A stretch of DNA of 64,000 bases from an uncultured Lachnospiraceae bacterium. Lineage in GTDB: Bacteria > Bacillota > Clostridia > Lachnospirales > Lachnospiraceae. Location: contig CAJUEW010000004.1 in assembly GCA_910585465.1 (NCBI GenBank), forward strand, positions 44,001-108,000. The letters run 5' to 3'. A model generated the notes under the pieces. It had not been told where the DNA came from. It worked only from the letters and a program-made list of their open reading frames with translations, and did not search any database. Below are positions 10,601 through 18,584 of this stretch, piece after piece (the first letter of the stretch is position 1; the number at the start of each line of letters is the position of its first letter). Position numbers and translations under genes: made by a program.

Positions 10601-12547
10601 AATGTCCGGCTCATAGATAACATATACGGCAGAATCCGGGGCTGTCTTGTCAACCTTAAAATCAAATTTGTACTCCTTGTATATTCCGGCAGCATCGGTA
10701 GCTTTGATCGTATAAGAGTAGCTTCCGTCCGCAAGCTCCAGGCTGGTCTGTCCGCCCACAGTCAATACTTCATGGGATAATGCAGTTCCTAAAATACATT
10801 TTCCGGTCCCGTCTACCCGGGACCACAGCGGAACCGGATCATAATGGAGCCCGTCGGAAGAAAATTCAATTTTGACAATATGTTCATCCGCTCCGAAATC
10901 TGCGGTGAATGCCGGCTTTGCCGTCCCGTTAAAACACTTGACAGACTTGCCGGCCCCATCTGTGAATGCTTTCGGCTCTGCCGCATAAGCAATCTTTCCC
11001 TCCAGTCCTGTTTTTTTACTCTTCTCTGCTTTTACCCTAACGGAAGAACCTAAATTCCCGGCTCCGTCAGAAACAGAATAAAAATAGGTTCCCCCTTCGG
11101 TCAGCGTATCTGCATATACAAGCCCCTGTTCCGGAACAATTTCCCGGACATGAGTTCCGTCTGCACTGGCTCTTGTCACAATCACCGGAGCTTGATCCTT
11201 CTCTGTCTCCCCGGCTCCAAGATTATCTGTAACATCCAGCGTAACATATAATTCCTCTTTAAACAGGTAGCATCCTTCCTCCGTCTCTGCCGTATATTCT
11301 GCATTATTTACAGCAGAGCTCAGAGCAATTTCAGGAGCTTTTGTATCTTTTTTGATATCAATGCTGACAGATGTTTCATTTCCTGCCCTGTCTGCAGCCT
11401 TGACCTGATAACTTCCTGAAGCAGTCAGCAGGTATTTTCCATCATCCAGAAAAATTTCTGTCTCGTCCCCTGAGCCGTCCGGTATTTTTATCAGACTTAC
11501 CTTTGCAATGCCTGAACCTCCTTTGTCACTGACTGAAAACTCAACGGATATATCACTGTCTGTCAGATAATAGCTTTTTTGATCCTCCAGCCCGTGAAAC
11601 TGCGGAGCAGTTCCATCCACCTGTTCCACGACAATGTCGGCCTTTCCCACATTTCCTGCCCTGTCAATTACAAAAATATAATAAGAGCCTGATTCCGTTA
11701 CAGAAAAGCTTCCCTGAGCGTTGTTCACCGGTATACGGGTCAAGCCGGATAAATCCTGTCCTTTGCTTACTGTACCCAGCTCTGAATCAGTTACAGAATA
11801 ATAAACCTCATGCGCGTCTGACGGTACAGTTACTGTCACTGTTTTACTTTTTGACCATCTGCCCGCGTCTGAAACCTCCAAATCTGTACTTTCATCAATA
11901 AAAGGTGCAGCCATATCGATTTCAAATTTATTCAGGATATACTGTTTGATCTTTCCGTCCGCATCCTTTAAATAAATCATGGTATCCTCTGCCAAACTGG
12001 AATCATAAATTATCCTGTCCCCAAAAGAGCCTGCTTTAGACTCTCCAATGGTCCACCCGGAGACGCCCGGTTTCACTGTCACCGGCTCACTATAGTAACC
12101 GGGCACATACGAAGCCCCCTCCACAATAATATCTTCTTTTCCTGCGGCTCCCACCTCAATAAGAAAAACAGCGCTGACCTGATCTCTGTAATCCCCTTTT
12201 CCGGTTATCTGAATTGTATAGCTTCCTTCCTCGGAAAATGCAGGATCAGAAGGCTCAATCTCATAATCCATACCCTGCGTAAGCTTTTTGTCCCCGTCTG
12301 TTACCGTTACCTTCACCTGGTGCTCCCTGCCGTCATAATCGACTCTGGAAGGGGTTAAAGTAACCTCAATTTCATCCGACATCAGAGACTTTGCACTGTC
12401 TGCAGGAACGTTTATTTCGTCAGCAGACAGTACTGCAGATTCCACTGCCTTTACAGACAGAACCGGCAGGACATTCAAAGTCAGTCCGCAGAATAGTACT
12501 AATGTCAAAATGTGCCTTATCTTTTCTGTAAACGTTTTTCCTTTCAC
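4628..12547 (-). CDS. Giant membrane-anchored Ig-like repeat surface protein (2639 aa)
   Basis: Signal peptide (...VLSVKA/VES); about 20 degenerate repeats with D.AGN and D.T(A/P)P signatures typical of bacterial Ig-like domains; C-terminal TM helix plus RKKKRA; no LPXTG; GTG start with GGGAGG RBS. Confidence 0.9.
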   Translation of the reverse strand: MKGKTFTEKIRHILTLVLFCGLTLNVLPVLSVKAVESAVLSADEINVPADSAKSLMSDEIEVTLTPSRVDYDGREHQVKVTVTDGDKKLTQGMDYEIEPSDPAFSEEGSYTIQITGKGDYRDQVSAVFLIEVGAAGKEDIIVEGASYVPGYYSEPVTVKPGVSGWTIGESKAGSFGDRIIYDSSLAEDTMIYLKDADGKIKQYILNKFEIDMAAPFIDESTDLEVSDAGRWSKSKTVTVTVPSDAHEVYYSVTDSELGTVSKGQDLSGLTRIPVNNAQGSFSVTESGSYYIFVIDRAGNVGKADIVVEQVDGTAPQFHGLEDQKSYYLTDSDISVEFSVSDKGGSGIAKVSLIKIPDGSGDETEIFLDDGKYLLTASGSYQVKAADRAGNETSVSIDIKKDTKAPEIALSSAVNNAEYTAETEEGCYLFKEELYVTLDVTDNLGAGETEKDQAPVIVTRASADGTHVREIVPEQGLVYADTLTEGGTYFYSVSDGAGNLGSSVRVKAEKSKKTGLEGKIAYAAEPKAFTDGAGKSVKCFNGTAKPAFTADFGADEHIVKIEFSSDGLHYDPVPLWSRVDGTGKCILGTALSHEVLTVGGQTSLELADGSYSYTIKATDAAGIYKEYKFDFKVDKTAPDSAVYVIYEPDIGAGKTIPGELGNTGLSRLYGQRYVKFYLLIKDKAPSGASDPYISGIDGNNLKESIVLPDRKIRIENLELLEGPGAEEVIGESAYDGYAVIKGTLKAPDNSSVSGRLRVTGLKDRAGNLMGGTAAPVEMDGDTVIFLDNCPPKLSIDYGAEGSYTEKTKDDMPYINYRDTAVLKLTLDEDFYDRQLADGAAVQPEVVVTRVTDGLVEKMDSFSWTAVTGQICEVELDLKLDRIDGKEALYSFTVSYADGSQNALTADECCKGSTADSVFISRSIVIDNKAPKITDVRIVADEGAVKPEKEAVLSGNDVKITAVVKDTYLDMVSLLKDGRDSCLKPDAGCPDADGRYFWTISTDTYVKGEYQVTAADMAGNKGAASKKLSVEIVRTAPEITDVDISTKDWAAAHGGWSNKDTVFTVKVKNSYGSSAIPRVRYRKTGSSLIYEMEKGIRGQEGLWSFAVEESDDTFDGSYEFQAYDELGNGKSENGSWTELVFRKDKVLPDIDTTIQAEYADYEEETNRIPRGIFAKALDTLRETEFGEKLYERIFVKNKIQVTLYLQDRISGVRFVTYQYGGKTYPPVQVSGTTADGKYQAVRFELEGENADTLKIIAVEDEAGNVADGSIKPELAVKGQGTQMLVIDHTAPSLHIVYENCTGKEDSGQRRYYRPEKGQLYEKVLLTFTEQYFDKNVDMKTGKVILPIITVYKDGIGTRGNITEYLADGSSFSFRQWNRSDSTISAELWLPYRQEEGGGETEYRITASYQDGSGNLLTLADADGSFGVLQTDTGTYESGMIILDNRAPGLVSCRTVGTTDRRVNHVNVYRNVEGADVDISFTIDDNGAYWDAASVNVSVAEIDGGRIIVSNRPDIQGGSPIEGIHWTDDGNLHTASFGFDGEAGAEAAYAVRISYTDRAGNLLINGGADGRLKDGNYTGQPFILDHAAPVFDISFNKAFRLKDKDNKDYSSKNKTPAVNMTSYYGITEGRIDITVTVDEAYLARDEKKANKLADFEFLINGTDTAMDWKKSGTLYRGTYSVTEDGDYRVSVACRDAAGNQMRGGGIVQGGCVSGGRYQSPLLILDTTAPVVTCQYTSVPVNENKGRKYFGENTTLKIQVEDQNIRYKELKDSLKKMEAEDIQSERIKNTNAWTAVNGISEYEIKRGIWNVDIPLSTDANYRIPISFTDLAGNAASLNVTELPTKDTTQPADLEFSYSVNDPVNYKGFGYLFARNKMSVTASVKDETAGIHKIRFTITDENGKKTIKEKTFSAAWSNSYKVEIPLDASDFNGTVKTEVFDWSGNQLQQTRNHVVESSEKHDSTGKAIITTQTSPSRTIGDKDFYNTDVKLNLTIQDTYSGIGSYSYKVGNDSRVSQDFRRQAGEAFTKDRQKTKLTKTVSSDLVLEASSNNENDVMVFADYTDNAGHTGHVEQLYNVDTTPPEIMVEYDLNTPSNGRFYHQTRTATINIRERNFSADDVEFIITNTDGVMPVIGGWSSSGTGDDTRNTCSVVFSADGDYSFTVAFEDMAGNRAEYNRLDEFTIDQTRPEMTVDYDNNESRNGRYYNRSRTATIDILEHNFDPSLIHVEAAGDSTIAPFVSGWSQNGDHYTATVTFGADGNYTLTVSGTDQADNPLDEYETDRFIVDQTPPELEIFDITDLSANNGTVMPGIRYSDINYDADSSVILMKGYHNGVQEIKGTSRATANGMEIKLDDFSHTPETDDLYTMKATVYDLAGNSSEAEVTFSVNRFGSVYTFDEKTDRLVGSLGKYYTKEEQDIVVIETNIDILEFREITCNLNGSLRTMEEGRDYSVSESGTEESWKQYTYTIRKSNFEEEGTYILTIYSEDRAMNASNNSTKGKKVEFVVDKTGPSILISGVGNNRQYRESSRKIMLDVQDNICLSEVEINVDGKKSTFSSSEIDRLGGKIVFTADSAARWQTLNVTAYDAAGNRNNSEEIRFLITPNIFIQFFMNKGLFYGITTVLAFLLTGIWQLAVLLRKKKRA

Positions 12548-12559
12548 TCATGTCCTCCC

Positions 12560-12982
12560 TTATATGATCGTTTCATCTGTATGAACCAGCAGAATCTCCC
12601 TCTCTATACGGAAATCCGGCATTTCCTGAAACAAAGGAACCGTCCATTTACTGCCTTCTGCTTCCCCTGACAGCTTTTTCGTTGCCTCATCCTCCGAAAA
12701 GCTCGTTATTTTTCTTCTTTCAGGCTCTCCTGATCTTTTTATTATGTACCTTTCACGAAACTCCGGCTTTATACATTTCCCGGACTCCTTATTTTTTCGG
12801 CCCTTTTGCTCCAGCTCCCTGATTCCCCGTTTTGCCTGGCATCCCGTAAAAAACCCCAGAACACCTCTGATATCCAGGCGAATAAACAAAATAACGGAAA
12901 ACATCAGAAAGATCGCCGTACCTGACAAACATAACAAATACAGATTATGATACAATTCAATTTTTTCCCTTATATTTTCCAT
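12560..12982 (-). CDS. Small single-TM membrane protein
   Basis: N-terminal hydrophobic helix, charged low-complexity tail, C-terminal EILLVHTDETII. ATG directly follows the kinase stop codon. Confidence 0.8.
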   Translation of the reverse strand: MENIREKIELYHNLYLLCLSGTAIFLMFSVILFIRLDIRGVLGFFTGCQAKRGIRELEQKGRKNKESGKCIKPEFRERYIIKRSGEPERRKITSFSEDEATKKLSGEAEGSKWTVPLFQEMPDFRIEREILLVHTDETII

Positions 12983-14671
12983 CTACTTTTCTTCCTCATC
13001 CACTTGTCTGTATGCGGAATATACCATCTTCTCCGCTTTCTCCGTATCCTGCAAAAGCTTCTGTATCTCTTCCCGGAGCAGCTTCTTATTTGCATCATCC
13101 AAATTTGAAAAATCCGTACCCAAATGCTGCCGCACATTTTGAAGCTGCTCCTGCATTTCCTTCTCTTTTACACCTGCATTTCTGAATTCTGTTGTTCTTG
13201 AAACGATCTGGCTCACCAGCTCTTTGTACATCACCAATGCTGTACGCTCGTTATCTGCTGCCACCAAATTTCCCTCTGACAGCAGAACCAAATCCTCCCA
13301 ATAATTCCGGTAAGTAACCGAAGCGTCCCCCGCCTCATCTGCCACTCCCACACTTGCATAATATGCAGATATTTTATAAAGTCTTTTCGCCCGCTCCACC
13401 TGGCTTTCCTCCAAATGCTCTGACTGAGATGCAGTCTCAAAATATCCCTTTGCGTTCTTTTTGTTGCTTTTTTCTTCAAATTTATAAAAATACGCAATTC
13501 CCGCCTCATAGGCAAACCGGTCATAACCCTCTTTATTTTTCTGAAACTCTCTCTCATTTGTCTGCTTATTATTCCCATAATCAATCAGCACAGCTCGGAG
13601 CTGTTCGCTCTCCTCTGCAGTCAGGAGCTGATCATCCAGATAAGCATTTTCCAAAAGCTCCAGATAGGCATCCTCCCTGAACGGATTCAAATTTACAGCC
13701 TTCCGGTAATTTTCTATTTCCTCTTCCTTTGCCGCAGAGTTCCGGGCCGCCAGAAGATAGGCATCATAATTGCTTTTGCAGATCTGAGCCTCCAGCATTG
13801 TACATATAACCGCTCCCAGCCCGAACAATACCGCCACAGCCGAAGGAATCAGGAATTTTATAAGCTTTACCTTCTGCTGCTTTCTGTATTTCTGATCAGC
13901 CATCCAGTAATGTTCCAGCGCATACATAAGCTCTGCACAGGATTGATACCGCTCCTCCTTTTTTACCTGGGTGCATTTTGTGATAATTGCCTCCAGCCCG
14001 GAGGACAGTCCTGGATTCACATGGCAGATGGGCCTCAGCTCATGCGGACTCTCTCCTGTAAGAAGCTGAAACAGCATAACTCCAAGACAGAAGATATCCG
14101 TACGGGCATCACTCTGCTCTTCCTCCCTGTACTGCTCCGGAGCAGCATATCCGCGGGTTCCCAGCGGAATAGTATCCTTCCTGTTTTGAGGCTTATATTC
14201 CCTGGCCGCTCCGAAATCAACCAGCATAAGGTTTCCGTCCGGACGCAGCATAACATTGGCCGGCTTCATGTCCCGGTAGATAACAGGCGGAATCTGAGAA
14301 TGCAGGTAGAACAGTACATCGCATAGCTGCTGCGCCCATTCTATCACCATATCCTGAGGCTGCGCTCCTTCTTCCGAAAGCAGGCTGTCCAGAGAACGTC
14401 CCTCAATATAATCCATAACAATCAGAAGAGAGTTTTCTCCTTCGATAACGTCCACAACGCTTGGAAGATGAGCATGCTTCAGCCTCTTCATCATCTCTAT
14501 CTCTTTTTTATCTGCATGAAAATCCCTGTGATCATTTTTAATGACCTCTTTTATAGCCCATTGTTTATTAACCTTTTCATTCATCGCAAGATAAACTACA
14601 CTCATCCCGCCCCTTCCGATAATATTCAGTATCTTATATTTTCCGTCAATAATAGAACCAATTTCCAGCAT
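12983..14671 (-). CDS. Membrane Hanks-type Ser/Thr protein kinase with extracytoplasmic helical/TPR-like domain
   Basis: GRGGMSVV, AIK, YRDMKPAN, DFG, APE and DIF.LG subdomains; a TM segment after the kinase domain; no PASTA repeats. Confidence 0.95.
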   Translation of the reverse strand: MLEIGSIIDGKYKILNIIGRGGMSVVYLAMNEKVNKQWAIKEVIKNDHRDFHADKKEIEMMKRLKHAHLPSVVDVIEGENSLLIVMDYIEGRSLDSLLSEEGAQPQDMVIEWAQQLCDVLFYLHSQIPPVIYRDMKPANVMLRPDGNLMLVDFGAAREYKPQNRKDTIPLGTRGYAAPEQYREEEQSDARTDIFCLGVMLFQLLTGESPHELRPICHVNPGLSSGLEAIITKCTQVKKEERYQSCAELMYALEHYWMADQKYRKQQKVKLIKFLIPSAVAVLFGLGAVICTMLEAQICKSNYDAYLLAARNSAAKEEEIENYRKAVNLNPFREDAYLELLENAYLDDQLLTAEESEQLRAVLIDYGNNKQTNEREFQKNKEGYDRFAYEAGIAYFYKFEEKSNKKNAKGYFETASQSEHLEESQVERAKRLYKISAYYASVGVADEAGDASVTYRNYWEDLVLLSEGNLVAADNERTALVMYKELVSQIVSRTTEFRNAGVKEKEMQEQLQNVRQHLGTDFSNLDDANKKLLREEIQKLLQDTEKAEKMVYSAYRQVDEEEK

Positions 14672-14686
14672 CCGTTCCTCTCCCCG

Positions 14687-15469
14687 TTATGTACGTATCA
14701 CTATCACCGAAATATTATCCTGTTCCCCCCGTTCTTTATTTAAGGTAATCAGCCTCGCACAGCTCTTTTCCATCACAGACTCGTCCGTAAGGACAGACGG
14801 ATTCAGCGCCTGATATATCTCCTGTCCGGTAACCACATGCCGAAAGCCGTCGCAGCAAAGCATATATACAGAATTTCGTCCAATTCTCCCCTTGCTATAC
14901 ACAGGCTCCACCTTTTCTGAGGCCCCTACGCATTGAAGCAGTATACCTCTTCTAAAATCCTCTGCCGCCTGCTCTTTGGTAAGAAGTCCCTGATCCACCT
15001 CCCTTTGAACTAAAGTCTGATCCTTTGTCAACTGATAAAGTTGATCGGTCAGCTCATAGGCGCGGCTGTCTCCCACATGAAGCAGATAATATTCTTCTCC
15101 CATAAACAGCATTGCTGTCAGCGTCGTACCAAGCTGAATGCCATTTTGCCTTCCATATTTCAGAATTTTTGCGTTCATGTTCATAATAAGGTCATCCCAG
15201 GAACACAGAAGTTTCTTCTCCGGTGATTCAAAAGCCGCAATGACGGGCAGAGCCTTTTCAAACCATCCCGAAAAGGCTCTGACAAGGGAAGCGCTGGCCA
15301 CTTCTCCTTTTTTCAGTCCTCCCACACCATCGCAGAGTACTGCCAGAACAATCCGTATATTCTTGCAGACAGCCTGCTTAACCAGCAAAGAATCCTGATT
15401 TATCCTTTTTCTGACACCTGCATCCGTACCCCAGGCTAATAAATAATCCTTTTTCATAACACATCCCAC
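14687..15469 (-). CDS. PP2C/PrpC-type Ser/Thr protein phosphatase
   Basis: NQDS, LCDGVGG, HVGDSRAY, CCDG and DNIS motifs. The true start may be the ATG at 15457. Confidence 0.93.
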   Translation of the reverse strand: MGCVMKKDYLLAWGTDAGVRKRINQDSLLVKQAVCKNIRIVLAVLCDGVGGLKKGEVASASLVRAFSGWFEKALPVIAAFESPEKKLLCSWDDLIMNMNAKILKYGRQNGIQLGTTLTAMLFMGEEYYLLHVGDSRAYELTDQLYQLTKDQTLVQREVDQGLLTKEQAAEDFRRGILLQCVGASEKVEPVYSKGRIGRNSVYMLCCDGFRHVVTGQEIYQALNPSVLTDESVMEKSCARLITLNKERGEQDNISVIVIRT

Positions 15470-16044
15470 ACTTCCAGCATCATAGTAAGCACCGTTCCCG
15501 CCAGTACAAACGGCGCGAACGGTATCTCTTGTTTTAGAGTTGCCTTTTTGGTAAGCAATGCAGCTACACTGTAAAAAGCTGCCGTCAAAACAGTTAAAAA
15601 TAAAGCAGTCAGAATATATACGGCACCGAGATAATATCCGAGCACAGCAAACAGCTTAACATCCCCGGCACCGATTCCTCCTCCGGTAAACAAATAGTAC
15701 ATAAGAAATATGCCTCCTCCTGTCAGAAAGCCCATGGCTGAAGAAAACAAAAGCTCTACAGCATATTCCCCGCAGCATAAACATTCCCCTGTCAGAACCG
15801 CCGCTCCACAAAGCAGCAGAACCAAAAGCAGTATATTGGGTATTTTTCTGCTTCTATAATCAATCCAGGCCGCCGCCGTCAGACACCATAAAAGAATTAA
15901 ATATCGAAATGTTTTTAAAATTCCGAATTCAAAAAAATAAAATTTAATTCCCAGCATAGCTGTTATGGACAGCATCCCCATCACTAGTATACGGAACTCT
16001 TTATATATCCATTGCATTTTCAGCCATTTGCCCATGCTTTTCAT
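15454..16044 (-). CDS. A24 family prepilin peptidase (TadV/CpaA-like, no methylase domain)
   Basis: Multi-TM; both catalytic Asp motifs (WIDYRSRKIPN, GAGDVKL); C-terminal IPFAPF. Confidence 0.9.
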   Translation of the reverse strand: MKSMGKWLKMQWIYKEFRILVMGMLSITAMLGIKFYFFEFGILKTFRYLILLWCLTAAAWIDYRSRKIPNILLLVLLLCGAAVLTGECLCCGEYAVELLFSSAMGFLTGGGIFLMYYLFTGGGIGAGDVKLFAVLGYYLGAVYILTALFLTVLTAAFYSVAALLTKKATLKQEIPFAPFVLAGTVLTMMLEVWDVL

Positions 16045-16250
16045 CCGTATTCCTCTCTGATAGCCGTTCTGTCGTTCTATCTATAATTTCTCCGCAAACC
16101 GGCGGGGCAAATTTTAAACGCATCTTTTTCATATGATTCCATATGCCTTGCAGGAATGCAAAAAATTATAAAATAGCTGTATCAAATTGTTTTCTGATTA
16201 TTGGGAAAACCGAAAACCGATTGGCTTTCAGTCAGATTTCAGATATGTTT

Positions 16251-16279
16251 ATTTTATCACAACGGTATGCAGTATGCAA
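16251..16279 (-). promoter_or_regulatory. Putative sigma-A promoter for the peptidase-kinase-adhesin operon
   Basis: Minus strand TTGCAT-17 bp-TAAAAT with TG extended -10. Confidence 0.4.
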
Positions 16280-16302
16280 GTGTCATTTTTCTGTTTCAAT
16301 AA

Positions 16303-17289
16303 TTATGTCCCTTCCTTTGGTCTCTGTCCGCAATGCGGCAAGTCTCTTTTAATCCACGCTGTCGATACATCCATGGCAGCACGGCATGCCTCCGTCTGAT
16401 CCAGAGAATGAAGCATAACAAAATCGTGTATCATTGCCTGGAAACGAATAGCCGTCACAGGTACTCCGGCGCTGCGAAGCTTCTGTGCATAGGCCTCTCC
16501 TTCATCCCGAAGCACATCCGCCTCCCCATTGATAATCATGGCCTCCGGCAGCCCTTCCAGACATTCCCGTCCGGCCCGGAGCGGTGATGCAGTAATATGG
16601 TTCCGGTATTCCTCTGAGCCGGTATATTGATCCCAAAACCAGATCATTGCATCTCTGTAAAGATAGTAGCCTTCCGAAAAAATATCATAAGACGGCGTAT
16701 CAAAGCAGGCATTTGTCACCGGATAATATAAAAGCTGCTTCTGAATTTTAGGCCCTCTCCGGTATTTGGAAAGCAATGTCATAGCTATAACCAAATTGCC
16801 TCCCACGCTGTCTCCTGCAACTGTAAGAGTATCCTGCCTCATCCGGTATCCAAACTTTCCTATTATCTCCGGAAGCCGGCATAATACACAATAGCATTGC
16901 TCCATAGCAGTCGGATAATGTGCTTCCGGAGATCTTGTATATTCCGGAAACACCAAAATACATCCGGTGCGGTATGCCAGCTCCCGGACCAGCTTTTCAT
17001 GGGTATGGAAGCTTCCGAATACCCATCCTGCCCCATGAATATAAAATATAACATCTGTCAGCCTCCTGCAGTCCGGCGGAATAACCAGATATACCGGTAT
17101 TTTTCCCCACTGTCCGGTATCAACGGATAGCTGCCGGACACATGCCGGATATTTATAAACCGGCGCATCCTGTGCACGTTCCAGAACCTCCCGTCCCTCG
17201 GAAGGAGGCAGCTCATAAATTCTGGGATGGGAAATACCGGCAAGGCTGACCTTCTCTGCCGCCGGCTCCAGCGGAATACGTTTTCTCAT
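16303..17289 (-). CDS. Alpha/beta hydrolase (HSL-family esterase/lipase)
   Basis: HGAGW oxyanion motif, GDSVG nucleophile, DVLRDEG and HDF. Confidence 0.92.
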   Translation of the reverse strand: MRKRIPLEPAAEKVSLAGISHPRIYELPPSEGREVLERAQDAPVYKYPACVRQLSVDTGQWGKIPVYLVIPPDCRRLTDVIFYIHGAGWVFGSFHTHEKLVRELAYRTGCILVFPEYTRSPEAHYPTAMEQCYCVLCRLPEIIGKFGYRMRQDTLTVAGDSVGGNLVIAMTLLSKYRRGPKIQKQLLYYPVTNACFDTPSYDIFSEGYYLYRDAMIWFWDQYTGSEEYRNHITASPLRAGRECLEGLPEAMIINGEADVLRDEGEAYAQKLRSAGVPVTAIRFQAMIHDFVMLHSLDQTEACRAAMDVSTAWIKRDLPHCGQRPKEGT

Positions 17290-17367
17290 AAAAAACTCCT
17301 TATAATATATGTGTTACTGTTATACTATTCCGCCGGATGCTATTTGCCATTGCCAGCCCTCTCTTTA

Positions 17368-17892
17368 TCAGAATTTTTCCCAATGCACCTTTTCCCTTGG
17401 CAGCTCATCCAGACTGTGAGACTCCGGGTGATTTTCCGGCATTCCAAGGGAAAGTATAGCTTCCAGCCTGTAATGCTCCGGATAGCCTAAAAGCTCCCTT
17501 AAGAAGCTCTCTGTTGTCCGTTTGTCCGAGGCCTCCCGGAGTCTGCCCTGAATCCAGCAGCTTCCCACCCCCAGGCTGTCTGCCATCAAATGCATATTTG
17601 CCATCACAATGGAACAATCCTCTGTCCATACATCCGTCTTCTCTTCATCCCCCAGAACAACAATGGCACAGTCAGCAGTTTCCAGCATTTTTGCCCCCAT
17701 AGTCCGGCTTTTGGCCATCTGTTTTAGGGTATCCTTGCTGCGGACCACAATCAGCTCCCATGGACGAATCGCTCTGCCGGATGGGGACAAAAGCCCTGCC
17801 TGAATAATTTTCTCCAGATTTTCTTCTGTTACCGAAGCTCCCGTATAAGCTCTCACACTCCGTCTGTTTCTCATGACTTCCAATAATTCCAT
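17368..17892 (-). CDS. Nitroreductase family protein
   Basis: RRSVR.Y, SPSG...PW, LGVGSCW motifs. Confidence 0.92.
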   Translation of the reverse strand: MELLEVMRNRRSVRAYTGASVTEENLEKIIQAGLLSPSGRAIRPWELIVVRSKDTLKQMAKSRTMGAKMLETADCAIVVLGDEEKTDVWTEDCSIVMANMHLMADSLGVGSCWIQGRLREASDKRTTESFLRELLGYPEHYRLEAILSLGMPENHPESHSLDELPREKVHWEKF

Positions 17893-17975
17893 ATGTGTTT
17901 ATCTCCTTTTTTATAATGCAAAAATTTTATATACCAGATATTCATGCGCCGCCTCTCCGGCTGCCCTTTTCCGGG

Positions 17976-18455
17976 TTATTTATGATACGGAGAATTACTC
18001 CGAATCTGAAAGCTCCGGTAGATCTGCTCCAATAAAATCACTCTCATAAGCTGATGAGGAAAGGTCATCCTCGAAAAGCTCAGGCTGTAATCTGCTCTTT
18101 CCAGCACAGAAGGAGCCAGTCCAAGAGAACCGCCGATCACGAACACTATATGGCTGATACCGCTCACATTCCATCGCTCCATCTGCTCTGACAGCTCTAC
18201 GGAATCCAGCATCCTTCCATCCACGGCAAGGGCGATCACAAAGGCCTGAGCCGGGATCCTCTGCAGAATCCGTCCGCCTTCTTTTTCTTTGATCTGAAGC
18301 TTCAACGCTTCACTTGCGCCGTCCGGCGTCTTTTCATCCGCCACTTCCGACAGTTCCAGCCTGCAGTAACGACCAAGACGCTTTGCATATTCCCCCACTG
18401 CTTCTGTCATATATTTTTCTTTCATCTTTCCCACTGCAATCACGGTAATTTTCAT
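17976..18455 (-). CDS. rlmH: 23S rRNA (pseudouridine1915-N3)-methyltransferase
   Basis: MKITVIAVGK; FVIGGSLG; SFSRMTFPHQLMRVILLEQIYR; PYHK. Confidence 0.97.
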   Translation of the reverse strand: MKITVIAVGKMKEKYMTEAVGEYAKRLGRYCRLELSEVADEKTPDGASEALKLQIKEKEGGRILQRIPAQAFVIALAVDGRMLDSVELSEQMERWNVSGISHIVFVIGGSLGLAPSVLERADYSLSFSRMTFPHQLMRVILLEQIYRSFQIRSNSPYHK

Positions 18456-18584
18456 AAAATCGCTCCTGTCTGATTGATTATAGCATAATTTTCTATTATA
18501 ATGAAACTTATTTAAGACTGTATTATATCTTTACAGGTTCTGTGCAACAGAAGCCTGCATCTATCACGAAAGGAGGAAGCACCT

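Noticed and set aside
4991..11053. Many plus-strand ORFs (up to 333 aa) opposite the giant gene, and similar long antisense ORFs opposite nfnA, pheT, thrC and ilvC
   Set aside because: Shadow ORFs of real genes, with no RBS or recognisable motifs and atypical composition.
17970..18000. rlmH 3' end as integration site (as for SCCmec/orfX) for the downstream accessory block
   Set aside because: No direct repeat of the rlmH end was found. The 11-bp match gtatcataaat near 3819 is in inverted orientation and short enough to be chance.
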